Counted from the first letter of the stretch, positions 23,571-37,335 are shown. The stretch: 64,000 nucleotides of DNA from Vicugna vicugna (GCA_013265495.1 MU058669.1:1100234-1164233), one strand, 5' to 3'. Program-made: numbers and translations. The notes: generated by a model from the sequence alone, not told the origin.

Positions 23571-24834
23571 AGCTGGTCTAAGAAGTTTGTTTTTGTGATT
23601 AAAACCTTTGTATTTCTTTCCAACCCACCCTCTTCTATTCTTGATTCTCTGCCCACTCTCAAATGAGCAATAGAGTTAAAGACAAAGATAGTTGAGTCAA
23701 GGCTATGCATCAGAAACCACAAGAATAATCCTATTGGTCAGTCTTTAACCATTGAAAACCCTGGCCTTATAGGTCTTTTGTCCCCTCCCATTTGTTAAGT
23801 TTTGTCTTCCCTCCAGCTGGTATCTGCCCTTCGTCCATCTCTGATATCTTTTTTCCCCTTGGGCATTCAGCCAACTATCTCTGATATCTTAAGTGCCGAA
23901 GACCTGCTCTCCAATCCAAACCTCCCATTCTTCTAGAACACTGAGTCTCTTTTCAAATTCATTGAGTTCGTTGAGCTTCAGCCTCTCTTTATAAAAAATT
24001 ATGGGAAATTTAAAACATTATTAAGGTATAAAATAGTATAATGAGCCTTGTGTACCTCTCACATGTACTCAGAGTCAGTCTTGTTTCTTCTTACCTCTAC
24101 CCACTCCTCCCTTTATTATGTTGAAGCAAATTATAGATACCATATCATTTTATGCTTAAGTATCACTGAATATATTTATAAATAATAATGATTTTAAAGA
24201 AAACCATACCACAACACCACCTAAATCGTTCATAATGCTTTCATACATCATCAAAGATCTTGGACCACTTTTCACTTGTCCAATTAGAATTCTGAGAGGA
24301 GGATATACTATGGAGGATATTCCTTTGATCATGGCCTTACTCGACAAAATGAGACTTTCTACTAGTTTAAGTAGAACATCATTCAAAAAGTCTAGAAACC
24401 TATAGCTGTTTTTAAATGTATTGTCTTGGCCATTTATCTAAGCAGCGTGAGCACAGAATAAGGCAAAGGGGAGCAGCAAAAGGAGGATATTTAAAAGTTT
24501 CATTTGTCCCTTTGGGAACACCCAGTATGTTCTATCAGAGATGTGTGTTATTAGCGCCAGAAATATCCAAGCACTCCTTGGACCAACTCCTGGAAAGTGT
24601 ACGTATGAACTGATAGCTTTGTGTGAAATCTTTCCCAAGCACCTCATATTTTCCCAGCGGGAACAGCAATGGTAGTTATTTACAAAGAAGAGCAGTTTTC
24701 CTCAGGCTGCCCAATGGCTGAATTAGTGGATCTGAAAAGAAAAGAGTGAGGGGGGCAAAGATCCATTTGGAAGGGACTTTCTTGGGTAATTATATGCTGC
24801 TGACCATGGAATTGAGTGCAATCACAGGAATTTC

Positions 24835-24985
24835 TTTTCTTCCTTCCTTCCTTCCCCCTCCTTCCTTCCTCCCTCCCTCTCCATCTGTCTCTCTCCCTGT
24901 CTCTCTCTATCTCTCTCTCCCTGTCTCTCTCTCCATCTCTCTGTCTCCTCATCTCTCTGTCTCCTCATCTCTCTATCTCTTTCAT
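24835..24985 (+). repeat. CT-rich polypyrimidine low-complexity tract
   Basis: ~150 bp of (CTTC)/(CT)n-like sequence. Confidence 0.95.
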
Positions 24986-25624
24986 AGGACTTTCCTCTGC
25001 TGTTCCCCAAGCAGGGGACAGTGTGAACTGAATTTAGCTCCTCACTGCAGCTTTACCACTGTGACCATTAGGACCCAGGATTGCTTTTGTGAAGTCAATT
25101 TTTGCCAGGAGCGATATGACTCAAGGTGTCTACAAACTTGCAACAATTTTATAAGTCACTGAGTTCATAATTTACTAGTGCCATCTGGAAGGGAAGAAAG
25201 ACTATTTACTGTGTCATTCGTCCACAGGGAGCTGTAAGACACACTTTCCGACCTGCTCGAATCTCTCATCTCCCCCATGAAACCAGCCATTATAACCCCA
25301 ATTGGAATTAATCTCTCTTTCTCCATCCTGCCATTATGTATGGACTTCTATAATAGCAGTTTTAATAGACTTGCCCTGAATTAAAGTTACTTTTATGAAT
25401 ATCTGTCTTTTCCACTTAATGTCCTTGCAAAACAGGGACTCTGTCTTACTCACTCACACATCTGTGTGCTGCATGTAGTAAACTAACAGAAATTAGTTGA
25501 AATGAGATTTTGAAATGAATATTTGATGAAATACAAGAGGTAAAATTAGCACACAAATCCCAAACTAAATGTTTTGAAAACTCAATAAGTATTTGTTAAT
25601 ACCTACTATGTAAAATGAAAAATA

Positions 25625-25870
25625 ATGACATGTATTGAGAGTTGACTACGTGTCCAATATTTTGCTAAGAACTTGGCCAATCATCTTATTTAATCCTCAG
25701 AATAAATCAGTGAGCTGGGAACCACAGTTATTCCCATTTCACAGATCAGGAAACTAAGGTGAGACAAGTTAACCACTTGCCCTGCTTAAGTGGCAGGTGT
25801 GATATTTGACAACTAACCTGTCCAAATACAGACAATGCCAGAGTTCTGTTCCATTGTTCTATGACATCTC
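25625..25870 (-). mobile_element. MIR SINE
   Basis: 'atttaatcctcag...cccatttcacagatcaggaaactaaggtgagacaagttaaccacttgccc'. Confidence 0.8.
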
Positions 25871-26104
25871 TCTTAGTTTTAGATAAGACATAAAATTACA
25901 CACATGAATCCTGTTTGTGCCCATCTGTTAGAAAACATTTTATATGCACCTATCTAGGTTCCTGTGATTTGCCTGTCCCAATTACCATAGCTGTCAGTAC
26001 CAGAATAATAAGACAAAGCCTTGAATTTAAGACATAGAAGGGATTTCAGAAAGAATCTAGTCTGAATTTCTTTTCCTCATGTGTAGGTAAGGGCAGCAAA
26101 GCCC

Positions 26105-26637
26105 TTTCACTCAGATTAAACCCCAGACTTTTAAGGGTCTGCAAAATTCACTGCTCTCTCTTTATGTCCTCCTTCTCTCTTCTCTGCTCACTCCAAAATA
26201 GCTACCCAGGCCTCAGTGTTTCTCAGACACATCCCTTTAGGGTCTTAATCTAGGTATTCTCTTGGCCCTGATGCTCTGCACCCAAATACCCACTGGATGG
26301 CCTCCCGCTTCTTTCAAGTCTTTGCTCAAAGAGCACTTCCTCATTGAGCCTGTTCAGTGCTGGAAACCCCCCCACCCCCTGCACCCCAGCACTCTCTGCT
26401 TCCCATTATCCAGCTCAACTTTTTATTCGCTCCATAGCACTCATTATCCCCTAGCAGACTACATAATTCACTTTGTTATGTTGCTTTTGTGGGGGCAGGT
26501 GAGTGTTCCCTACTGACAGCACATTTGTAAGCTCTGTGAGGGCAGGGGGTTTTGTCTATTTTTGCCTCCAGACTATATTTCCAGGTGCTGAGAATAGTGC
26601 CAGAGTGTCCAAGAACAGTGGATGAAGGAATGAATGG
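26105..26637 (+). mobile_element. L2 (L2a-like) 3' end
   Basis: 'ctttcaagtctttgctcaaa...tgtaagctctgtgagggcaggg...agaatagtgcc...gaatgaatg'. Confidence 0.85.
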
Positions 26638-28705
26638 TCTACATGAGGATGGACAGCTAGTCAGTGCCGAGATCTGAACTAGACCCTACGCGGGTTTCTG
26701 GTCTAATGTTCTTTCCATTCCAGCACACTGACGGTTGAGGTTAGAGAGGTGCCCTGGCAGAATGTCATTTGAGATAAAGCTAGAGACTGAACCATGGAGT
26801 TCAGCCAGTTCCTTCCTCATTGAGCCTTTGGAGAGAAGTTTGGAAACCTGACATGTCAGTGAAGGGTGAATCGAGATCAGAGTAGAAAAAGAAGCCAATA
26901 TTTATTGGGAATCTACCATCAGTGAAGGCTATACAATATCCCTCATATACCTTAACCTTATTTAACATTTATACAACATTATTTCAGTTCTAAAGATGAG
27001 GAAAGTGTTGTTCAGAGAGTTAAATAACTCTTCGCTGGCCACAGTGCTCATGTCTAGATTGAAATGCAAGGAAATCTCTTAAGATTCTTAAGCAGAAGAC
27101 ATATCCTGTAACCAGTGCTGCTCCTTTAATGTCCCAAAGGAGGTAGAATAGTTTTTAAAAATGGTTTACTAGTTAAAACATAGAGATAAATATTTATAGC
27201 AGTTGTATAAGCAGAGGCAGGTGTTTTCGTACTCATTTAATGTGCAATGAATTCAGTGAGTTCCTGCCACATTCAAAAGGCCATACCATAAAGTTATATG
27301 TGAGCTATCTATCCATTAAATACTTATTCATACCAAATATGTGCCAGGCATTGGGCTGGGGATTAAGGATGCAGATACTGAAGTATAAGGTGCCTATTTT
27401 AAAATAGTTTACAGTCAGGGTCAACTTATTAATGATGGAAAAGTAAAGTGAAAGTTAACTGAAAGGTGCAGTAGATAATGCATTCATCCAGCAAACACTC
27501 TTTGAGCCCTTAATATGCTCCACGTACTTTGTTAGGCACCAGGGACAAAATGAATATGCTAGCTGTGATATCCCCCCAGTGGATTTGCTGAGAGAGAACA
27601 TCATTAAGTAAATAATCACACAAATGTGTAATTCCCAACAGTAGGTGATATGATGGAAAACGGTAGGGAGCTGAGACTCCACCTGTAACAGAAGGACCTG
27701 ATCTAGACATGGGGATAGTAAGTGAGGAGTGATTCAATTACAGCTTTCTCACGTGAGTGTCAGAGTGAGCACCAAACAGTTTTAATAATTTTCAAAGCAC
27801 TTCCCCATCTCTTAACTCAGTAGATCCTCACAAAAGCTTTCTTAAGGGATTCCTGGGTTATTAGCTCTATTTTGTAGGCAGACAGGCTTAGGCTAAGGAC
27901 TAGAACACTGTTCTGTAAATGCCTGGCCTGGAGCGATTTTTACCATAGCAAAGTCAGAAAATAGGTCTAATGAAACGACAAAACCAACCATGGGGTTGAG
28001 CTCCATGAGGAACAGCTTAGTTGACCTTGGCCACGTCCTGAGACTGCCCCTCTCGTACCCTGCTTGCACATATTCTTGATACTAAGGGAGAGTCAGGGAA
28101 ATGTGTAGACGTTTCACTGAAATGAAGATCTGCTCTTGGAAATAATTCAAGTAATGGTGATGACTGAGTCAGTGATCATATCCTCGAGTCTGCTCCATTC
28201 TATGCCCCACCGTCAAATTCTCCCAGTAAATTGTTTGCTTGTCTAATTCCTATGCAGTGTTCAGGATCCAGCTCAAATAACACCTCCTTTGTGATGCCCT
28301 CCCTGGCTCTTCTGTTAATTAAATGAGTTACCTTTTCTGTTTTGAAGGAAACAGATTTGCCCCTCCAGTAGAGCACTTATCATGTTGCATTATAATGACC
28401 TGCCCTTTCCCAGGCTGGCTGTTCCATTTGGGAATGGACTGATAACATCACGTTATGAGAAAAAGGTACAGATTCATTTCTCAGCCTTGCTCTTATTTCA
28501 GGTATTCCAACCCTTGACAAACTTTCCTTATTTTTTAGAGACCCCATTGCAGGAGGGCATTTCCCTTGTGCTCATGAAGGAGTCTGTTCAGGTTTGACTT
28601 GATGGGTGCCATAACTTCCTCATCCTCTTTGGTGATTTCCATTTGTTGTGATCCCCATGCTCTATGAAACCGTGTGAGACTACCTACCCTCCGACTCCAG
28701 TGCCC

Positions 28706-29098
28706 TGTTGCGGGTTGGGTTCCCTGAGAAGCAGACAATAAGATCGGGTTGTGATATTAGAGGTTCTCTGGAGTAAAACCGATGAAAGGAAAATGTGGAT
28801 TCAGGAGAGGGCAGGAGGAGATGTTGGACTGTGATGCCAGTCAGACAAAGTTTCTGCCAGTCTCGGGAGGAACCTGAGAGCGAAGACTGCCTATCAGAGG
28901 AGCCCCAGACGGTACAGAAATGGCTGGGCTTGCACCATTATTGCTCAGCCATTGGCTGGGGGCCGTCCTGAGAGCAGCGAGCCTTTGGCTTGAAAACTAA
29001 GACAGAACTTCAAGGTTCTTAACAAACTATACTCCTTGCAGTCTAGGAGGAGTCTTGTCTTACAGATGTTTGGCATGAAGCATCTCCATGTCTGCCAG
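28706..29098 (-). mobile_element. LTR33-like ERVL LTR
   Basis: 'gggttgggttccctgagaagcagac...gctcagccattggctggggg...gcatctccatgtctgcca'. Confidence 0.7.
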
Positions 29099-29104
29099 AT
29101 GCAG

Positions 29105-29963
29105 CAGTGTGCTGGGGCTGACTTGAACTGTAGCAGATTGTTAACTTTCCAGGGATTTTGCAAGCTAATTATTAAACACAGCCATAATTAAAAATAAAAT
29201 AATATAAATTCACAAATACATATATTAAAAAGAAAGAGAATAAATACCCCCAATTCATCATTGCTTCATTATTTTTGACCACATTCTGCTATTATCTGTG
29301 TTCCTGAGGCTGTGTTTCAGTTGTATCTGTATAATTACTTTACACTGTGTAACTGCGTGTGGTACACACCTTTTCCCAGCTTACTGACATCATGTTGGTA
29401 GTTTGACATTGGCCATATTGGAAGTATTTGTACCATGGAAACCAGCAAACTCCTCAAACCAGGGCTTGACTGTTTTTTTGGTTGTCTAGACTTAAGAAAG
29501 TAATAAAGAAAATGTCAATAAAATAGATTTTATTTAAAAGTGGGTTATGTCTGTAGCCATTACATTGTGAATAGAACAAAATGTTGAGGAAATGGTCTTC
29601 CAGTACTCAAAACCACTTGTATCCAATTCAGCAAAGTTGTTCCACTTTCATCTTACTCCTTAGCATAAGGAAAGTATCACCTAACATTCAGGTTGGATCT
29701 ACACTCGTCGGTGGCAACAATGATAGGTCAGTTAAAGGTACAAGAATTCCACAAAAATCAAATGAAAGCATTCAATGAAACGCCATTGGTTCTATGGTAT
29801 TTACAATAGAGGATATTATATATTTTATTATTAGTTGCAAATTATATGCTAGACACTCTTAATATCAGTACAATTTGTATAAACCTTGTATATGTATATA
29901 TACACGCACATACACATTTTCTTTTCCTGGAGACCCCACTGTTAAACATTTACCAACATACTG
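29105..29963. mobile_element. MER63C/D-like hAT-Blackjack element
   Basis: Terminal inverted repeats cagtgtgctgg / ccaacatactg; internal 'gacatcatgttggtagtttgacattggccat'. Confidence 0.8.
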
Positions 29964-31389
29964 GTGCTCAGAGGCCTTTGCCTGATGCCCTTACCCCACA
30001 TCACTGGTGTACCTGAGATGCTTTAGTTGCTTGAAGGAGCCAGTGGCCTGTGATATCTGTTGCTCTCAGTGTGCTAAACCAAGCCAAGGCTCAGGCGGAG
30101 GGGGCCTCTCTTCTCCTTCAGTTACATGGGTACAAAGGCAATATTGTCCTGTGCTTCAGTTGCTTACAGAGTTTTTCCAAACACCCTTCTTTCAGTTTTC
30201 ACTCTCAGTATCTCCCCTTCTCTCCCCAAGGACTCAGGTGTGAGTCCATGATGAGCTGAATGAGAAAAGGAAGTTGGAGGAAGATACACATTGTATTGAG
30301 TTGCCCATCCCCTCTGCAATCCAAGGCTTTGTTGTATGTTGTCTACCTGAATCTCTCTCTTCCAGGAGACTTCTCAGTACTTTTCTATTAAGCCATCCTG
30401 TTGATTTTAAATGATTGATTATTGTCCAGACATTCTTTGAACACAGTCGTGGCCATAGATTACAACCAAGCTGGGCTTCTCTCACTCACATGTCCCAGTG
30501 ATGCTATGACCTTCCCAAGGGAAGTCATCTCACCTTTCCGTCTCCAGCCCCATGTGACATAGTAGACACTGAACAAATTATTGTCTAACGAATGAATGCC
30601 ACGTGGCAGACAGGGGAAGACACCTGATGGATTAGCTCCCGATCATGGAATTTTCGTTAGTCTGTACTGAGAGAGACACTGTCCTGTCATGAAGAAGGTC
30701 ATATAGTCTGGGCCACAATTTGTGCATAAAGTGGCTGTAATGGAGGCCAAGGTTTAATGGGTTCCATCCTGACTGCAGGGGCCGGAGCCATGGGAGTCTG
30801 TGTGCTCTCTCCTAGGCCATCTGTGCTCCCTGGGTCCCATTTTAGAGCTTTCTTTTCTCATTTTTTTTGGCTGCTGAGCCTTTGCCTAGAAACAGTGCTG
30901 TTTCTTTGTCTAATATTTAAAAGTCTGCCTGGCCCTTCCTGTGAGCATAGGTTCTCATGGTTTGACCTGGTTTTGATGATATCTTTAAGTTGCTGCTCTC
31001 GGTGGAGGCACTGTCATGTCCCTTCCATTATTGTGAGTCAGAGGTAGTCCCAGGATGTCCCAGATCGGGGAGGCAAACATCTCAGAAACTGTTCAGATCA
31101 TTGATGTTTTCAGGTGATAACAGGGGCCAGCAAGATAACACTTAAGATGCAGCTGCTATGGATATATACTCCCTAAAGCGAAATAGTCCTTGTGTCTTTT
31201 CCAACCTCAGGGAAGCACAAGTCATTCACCCACTGCATTCAGGTGAAGTCTGGACTCCTTTTCCCTGGGTTTCACAGCCATCACCACGTTGACCTTGACC
31301 TTCTCATAAATAAATAATGTAATTCTTGAAACAGCCATTGTACTAGAACCTTTCAATAAAGTGGTGAACAAAATAGACATGACGTGGAG

Positions 31390-31630
31390 AGGTAACTGCT
31401 GTACTGGGCAGAGAATGGGGCTAAGAGTCAGAAATCCTGTCCTCGCTAGCTCCATTACCAAGTAACTTCATTTTTTTTCCTGCACTTCCATTTTCTAATC
31501 TGTAAGATGGGTACAGTTCCTGCTACTTTAGCTAGTTCTGAGGAGTCGACGGTTGTTACTAGGATCCAATCCGATGATGAATGTGAAAATACTTTTTAAA
31601 CTAAAGGGTGTGTTACAACTTTGGTGGGAT
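31390..31630 (+). mobile_element. MIR (MIRc-like) SINE
   Basis: 'gagtcagaaatcctg...tttctaatctgtaagatggg...atgtgaaaatactttttaaact'. Confidence 0.7.
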
Positions 31631-31646
31631 TATGAATCATTTAACT

Positions 31647-32340
31647 GTATCAATCAATTATATGGATTGCAAAAGAGAGAAACCCAAGTTGAACGTGCTT
31701 AAAGAAAATATGGGGTTTATGGGAAGGATATTGGTACTGGGACAGCTCACATAATCAAGGACTCAGGACAGCTCTGCAGCCTCAGGAACTGGAACCAGGG
31801 ACTCAAATGCCATCAGCATTGTCTCTCATATTCTCTCCCTCTCTTTCCCTCCCTCCTGTGCCCCTCCCTTCCCTCGCTCCTCCTTTCTCATGCTCTCACT
31901 GCACTGGTCCCTCTATGCCTGTTTCCCCTTCTGTATAACTTTGCCTCTCCTCTCTGCTCTTCTGCCTTCTCTGTACTGAAGGTGAGCCTTCTGCACAGCG
32001 CAAGACATATGATGACAGAAAACACTGGGCTAATATTTTATTTTAGGGAGATGAGAGGAAAAAGACCCTTCCTGTCAGCTTCATTTGGAGAATTCCCAAA
32101 AGTCTGACCTGGCCTGTTTCATGGCCCCATCCTGGACCAAGCACTTAGTTGAGGAGATGGGGGTCTCATAGCTGGAAATTTTTTTTTAAACATCTGTTTC
32201 TGTGACCAAAGATATAGAGTATTTCACTCTGCAGCCCAGACTATAACCTTATGGTTGGAATCCCCACAGGAGTGGGATTGTTGTTAACAGAAAAGGGGAA
32301 AAGTGATGCCAGACATATGAAACAACTCATGCCTGCTACA
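31647..32340 (-). mobile_element. Old MLT1 (M/N-like) MaLR LTR
   Basis: 'ttgcaaaagagagaaacccaa...ggaactggaaccagggactcaaatgccatcag'. Confidence 0.6.
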
Positions 32341-34209
32341 GTTCATAGTCAGAAATGTTTGTGGCATTGACTCAATCAGGCAGAGCTAGTTGGTATGGTA
32401 GAAAAGGAGCAGGAAACTGTGTTAACGTAAGCAATGTATTGCAAAGTTAAGTCACCTTGCACAGATGATATGCTGAGAATAAATGAACAGAGATGACCTA
32501 CAAATTTCATCCAAAGACACCTCGATTGATAGCAGCTCATAACAAAAGATAGAATTTTGCTGAAGGGAATCAAGACAGATTGGATCATGTAAGATGGTGA
32601 GGGGTAGCGTGTTAGAAAATGACAAAAAGGCACAAATAAATCAACACATGCGAGGTGCAGGTCTGTTAACATCCTTCCTCTGATGAAGATGGATTCTAAT
32701 TACAAACAGAAGTCAGTTGATTGTGTGCAGATTTTATTTATGATCAGATCTGATTAGACAAATGATGACAAATGAGAAATGGTTGTAAATTGCCCAGTGA
32801 TAAGCTCTGTTGCTAGGTAACAAACCAACATAATTCCCAGTAGTACCAAACAAAAGGGAGGATTTGGAGGAGCAGAATATTTTCTGGATCTCTTTTTTAA
32901 AAAATGAATTTTTAAGGGAATTACCCAGTGTGCTAAGCTTTTAGGATTTCCACTTGGGTTCTCATATCTCATTAGAAGTGAAATATCGGCTTAGTTTCAG
33001 TTCTGTGATGTATACTTTCTCCTAAGAACCTAGGTTGAGAGAACTGGAAATGAAAAGACTTACAAACAACATAATAGCTGTCCTTGGATATGTTAATTCA
33101 ATTCATCAAATGCTCATCCACATTCTCCTCTGTGGAGAGCATAGTTCTAATCACTGCAGAGTGTAGAAGAAAGTATACCTACCAGTACCTGTTCTTGTGA
33201 TTTTTGGGAACCAGTGCATGTAGGCAAACAACTACAAGACAATACGAGAGATATGGGTCATCTGATGCAGACCCATCAGAGACTGGATATGTGAGAAATG
33301 ATTGAAGGGAATACAAATGTTCAACTCTTAGAAGAAAAGGCTTCAGAAGGAAGCTGCACCTCAACCTACTTTCAAACACAGAGATATATCCTATGGGTGA
33401 TGTAGGGGCTTTGTTCTGTTGTCTCCACGGCATGCACCACTGCCAATGAGTGAAAGCTCTAAGGAGGGTATCTCAGTTCCTATAAGGGAGGGACTTGAAA
33501 CTCAAGATGTGTGAAAGTAGGGCAGGTTCTCTCATGAGGCTCTCTCATCAAGCCAAAAGTGACTACCTGCCAACAAGGACCAATTTCATTGAGTGACTCT
33601 ACTTCATTGAGTATGTTGGGTGATGAAGAAATGCCTTGTGGTTTACATTTCCCAAAGTGTATCATGCAGAATGCTAGAATTGTGAGATGCTCTCTGACAA
33701 AAGAGAGCCTTGTTTCCAAATAGTGTTCCTCATGTCTTGCAGACGCGGTGCTCTGCTTGCGGTGTTTCGGGAAAAGCTGCTCTGTTGTATGGGAGGTTAG
33801 GGTAATAACTGTGGGAGTTCCGAGATGAGTTATGTCTTCTCTCTTCTCAGACCACAGTAATGACATTCTCGTTTCTCAGCTTCACTTCTTTCTGACAAGA
33901 TTCCTGAGAATCTATATTCAGAATGGGGACATTAAGGGTGTGGGATTAGGGAGCTGTGAAAGAAATGGCCTGAGGATTCTGAGACATCTAGGGAAAGCAA
34001 ATGTGAGTCTAAAACAAGTGAAGATCTAGGTTGGTGTCCTCCCACCCGTGGCACACTGCTTCCCAGGGCTAAAACATCCTCCAGGAATTTTCACTTTGGG
34101 TGAGTGACTCCCAGATTTTTTATATGCGTGCTTACTCCTTCCCTGGTTCTCAGCTGATGACGGGGCCATTGTACCCCGATGCTGTTTAGCCATCTGAAAC
34201 TTGCCGTGG

Positions 34210-35325
34210 CCTGATCTATAGCCGCTCCTGCTGTGCTGAGCTTTCTCCTCCCCGGGTCATTGCCATTGCACTAAATGGCACCACCATCATCTCCCACCAG
34301 GACAAATATATTGGGCTCCCAGTTGGTCTCCCTGTTTCTGCCCTTACCTCTGCAATCCATTCTCCACATAGCAGCCAAAACAATTTTTTATAATATAAAT
34401 CAGTCTTGCCAATTCTCTGCTTAATCGCCTTCAGTGCCTTCCTGTTTTTCCTTGTGTGAGTATTGCCACAGCAGTGATTCATAACAGACCACCCCCAAAT
34501 TCAGTGACTTAGAACAACAGCCCTTTCTTTGCATTCACATGACTGTGAGTTGGATGGGTAGCTCTGCAGATCTCAGTTGGACTCCAGCCTTGACATGCTC
34601 TGCCTGTCTCTCATTCTTTGAGGGTCAGTGGGCTACGCTAATTTCCAAGGGCAAAGCTAAATGCATGAGCACAGTTTAAGCTCCTGCTTGTTTCGTATCT
34701 GCCCAAAGGCCATTGGCCAGTTAGTCACATGGCCAAACCCAAATTCAAGAGGATGTATACTCCTTCCACCATGAGGCTATCTCAAGGGTATAGATTTGCG
34801 AAACTTGTATGGAGCAAAGAATTATGTGTAATCATTTCATCTACCACGTGCTTAGAATAACATTCACACTCCTTACCGTGTTCTCAAGACTCTAAATGAT
34901 TTGGCTTTTGACTGCTTGTGCAATATTATCCTGTGTGTGTGTGTGTGTGAAATATGCCAAACTCATTGCTGCCCTAGGACCTTGAATCAGCTTTTCCCAG
35001 TGCATGAAATGCCCTTTCCTAGCCCAGATCTATAGAAGACTGATTCTGGCTGCCTTTCCACTTGAACATTACTCCCATGGCAACGCCTGAGACTTAGGAA
35101 GTCTCTCTTGCCCCATTTATCCCTTATTACCTCTACTTGTTTTATTTTTTTCCCAAGCATTTATCTTTGCCCAGTATGTTGTTATTTATGCATTTGTCGG
35201 TTGGTTAGATTATCTGCTTTCTGCACGAGAAAATAAGTTCCGTGAGATAAGGCATCTTGTTTGTCTTGTTCACTTTTGCATCTCAGTATCTGAAACAGTG
35301 ATTGGCACCTAGTTTTTAAACGAGT
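34210..35325 (+). mobile_element. L2 3' region interrupted by an MLT1 LTR (~34460-34850)
   Basis: 'caatccattctccacatagcagcca' ... 'aagttccgtgagataagg...tgtcttgttcac...acagtgattggcac'; the MLT1 piece 'ataacagaccacccccaaattcagtgactt' lies inside. Confidence 0.75.
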
Positions 35326-35439
35326 GAAAACACATAATTTCTTATTTCTCCCCAGGAAAATCTCCCCAAATGGAAAAAGTAAGTATTCAGTATGGTGACA
35401 TTTCTGTCGCTCTCCTTTTTTTCCCTGCTTATTTACAAA

Positions 35440-35870
35440 AAGAATACGTTTTAATTGGAAAAAATGAGAAAATATGAGTATGCAAAACCAACATTAAATC
35501 ACCAGAAATTACCACTAAGAGAGAGTCAGTCTTATCCTTCCAATCTTTTCTCCTTTGCAAATATATGCATCTGCAGTTATTTTTATATTCCCCGTACTGC
35601 TTTTACTTTGTATTTGTCATCTTTTCAGGTCCATAATCACGAATCATCATCTTCTGTTGGCTGCATATTATTTCTTGCACAGCTGGGCAGAAATATCCTT
35701 TGTGCTTAAGGCTTTGCACATATGTCTCATCAATTACTTAGTGTAAAATTTCAGAAGCAGAATTGCTGGCCAGAGGGCATTTGCACTTTTTCAAGGCTTT
35801 TGAAACACAGCCAGGTGATCAAGGTGTATCAATTTACACTCCTGCCAGCAGTGTGTGAGACTGCTATGGC
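35440..35870 (-). mobile_element. Old L1 (L1ME-like) fragment
   Basis: 'agaagcagaattgctggccagaggg...tatcaatttacactcctgccagcagtgtgtgaga'. Confidence 0.65.
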
Positions 35871-36006
35871 TACATTTTTTTAACATCCCATTGATCACTT
35901 CTAGTCTAATTCAGTGACAATGAAGTTAGCATTTTCAGTGTTCCTAACATTTGATGGACCCTGAAGGTCTTCAGAGCCTTGCACGGCGCTCTGGGAAGTG
36001 TTGCTC

Positions 36007-36504
36007 CAGGTCAGTATCTTGTCCACGAACCCCCAAAGGATCGTTAGAATTCTGGAGGCTCATGAACTTGGTTGCAGAAAAATTACAGCTCTGTTTTCAC
36101 TAATCTCTAGCTGGAACTGCGATTCCCTTCAGTTTTGAATATAAAAAACAGCAGGCCACAGCATTGGCAGTGCCTGTGACTTCATCCCCAGTAGAAATCC
36201 CACGTCGTTTCATGTTGTGTTGTGGTAGTTGTGGATGTCTTAACATCGTTTTTACTCCCTGCTGCTTTTAAAGTATGTTTATAGACATGCTGCTAAATCT
36301 TGTCATTTAATTCATTGAGGATCATGTGTTATTATTTTCAAGTGTATTATTTTTAATATCTTAAATCTGTATATTAATATATTTAATTTTCTTATAATGG
36401 TATGTGTTTTAATTTAAGTGTTAAAAACATTATTCTGAGAATGATCCATAGGCTTTATCATCTTGACAAAGGGATTCATGACACAAGAGAGTTTACGGAC
36501 ACTG
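36007..36504 (+). mobile_element. MER113-like hAT-Charlie element
   Basis: 'tccacgaacccccaaagg...ttttcactaatctcta...taaaaacattattctgagaa...'. Confidence 0.75.
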
Positions 36505-36711
36505 ACAGATGAACGAGGCTGGTGCTGGTGACACTGGGGAACTGGTCTATAGCCAGGTCGAGGGCTGCCTGCGTAGAACTAGGATAGGCAAGTTGAGGAA
36601 TGGCTAGCTCCTGGCGATGGGGAGTATGTGACAGAGAGTAAGCAGAACCGTCAGACTAGAGTCAGGAAAGCACAACAAATGTACTGGAAGGATGTTTGGT
36701 AAGCCTTTAGG

Positions 36712-37335
36712 CAGGGATGGCCAACCGGTGGTCCAGAAAGAAAATTCTGTCAGTCAGTGTGTTTCCTTGGCCTCCACACATTTTTTAAGACAAATGTTCC
36801 TACCATCAAACAGGGAGCATGCTCTGTTCCTTCCCAGTGCCTAATACTTCCTTTCATGTTCGTATTGAACAATCGTTGATTGATAATATTGTATCAGTTT
36901 CAGGTGTACAGCATAGTGATAACAATATTTTTGTAGATTATACACCACTTAAAGTTATTGCAAAATCATGGCAGTATTTCCCTGTGATGTACGATATACC
37001 TTGTTGCTTATCTGTTTTACATGCAGTAGTTTGTATCTCTGAATCCCCTACCCCTGTTTTGCCCCTCCTCCATCCCTCTCCCCACTGGTATCCATGGGCT
37101 TACTTCTCAGCCCTTACTGTACATTTGCCTTTCCAAGCGGAAGCTTTCCTTTCCTGTAGATTCTTTCTTCTTGTTAACAACCTTTTCTTTTCCATTTAGA
37201 AAAGACCCTTTAACATTTCTTTTAGGATAGGTTTAGCACTGATGAACTCTAATACCTCCTTTTATTTTATACTGAGCCTTCTTCATTCATTTATGCTATG
37301 CCATGCTCCTATAAATATTTGGGTTTGCAACCTTG
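36712..37335. mobile_element. MER102-like hAT-Charlie element interrupted by an L1-derived insert
   Basis: cagggatggccaac start and 'gggtttgcaaccttg' end; insert bounded by a 14-bp TSD. Confidence 0.55.
36855..37248 (-). mobile_element. Chimeric L1 insert: ORF1 3' end plus spacer fused directly to an L1 3' UTR
   Basis: Minus strand reads FISAKPILKEMLKGLF* (ORF1 end), then the L1 3' UTR 'ggggagagggatggaggagggg...tgtacacctgaaact'; TSD ctaatacttccttt/ctaatacctccttt. Confidence 0.75.

Noticed and set aside
24680..25162. Several overlapping ORFs up to 138 aa
   Set aside because: Produced by the stop-poor CT-rich low-complexity tract.
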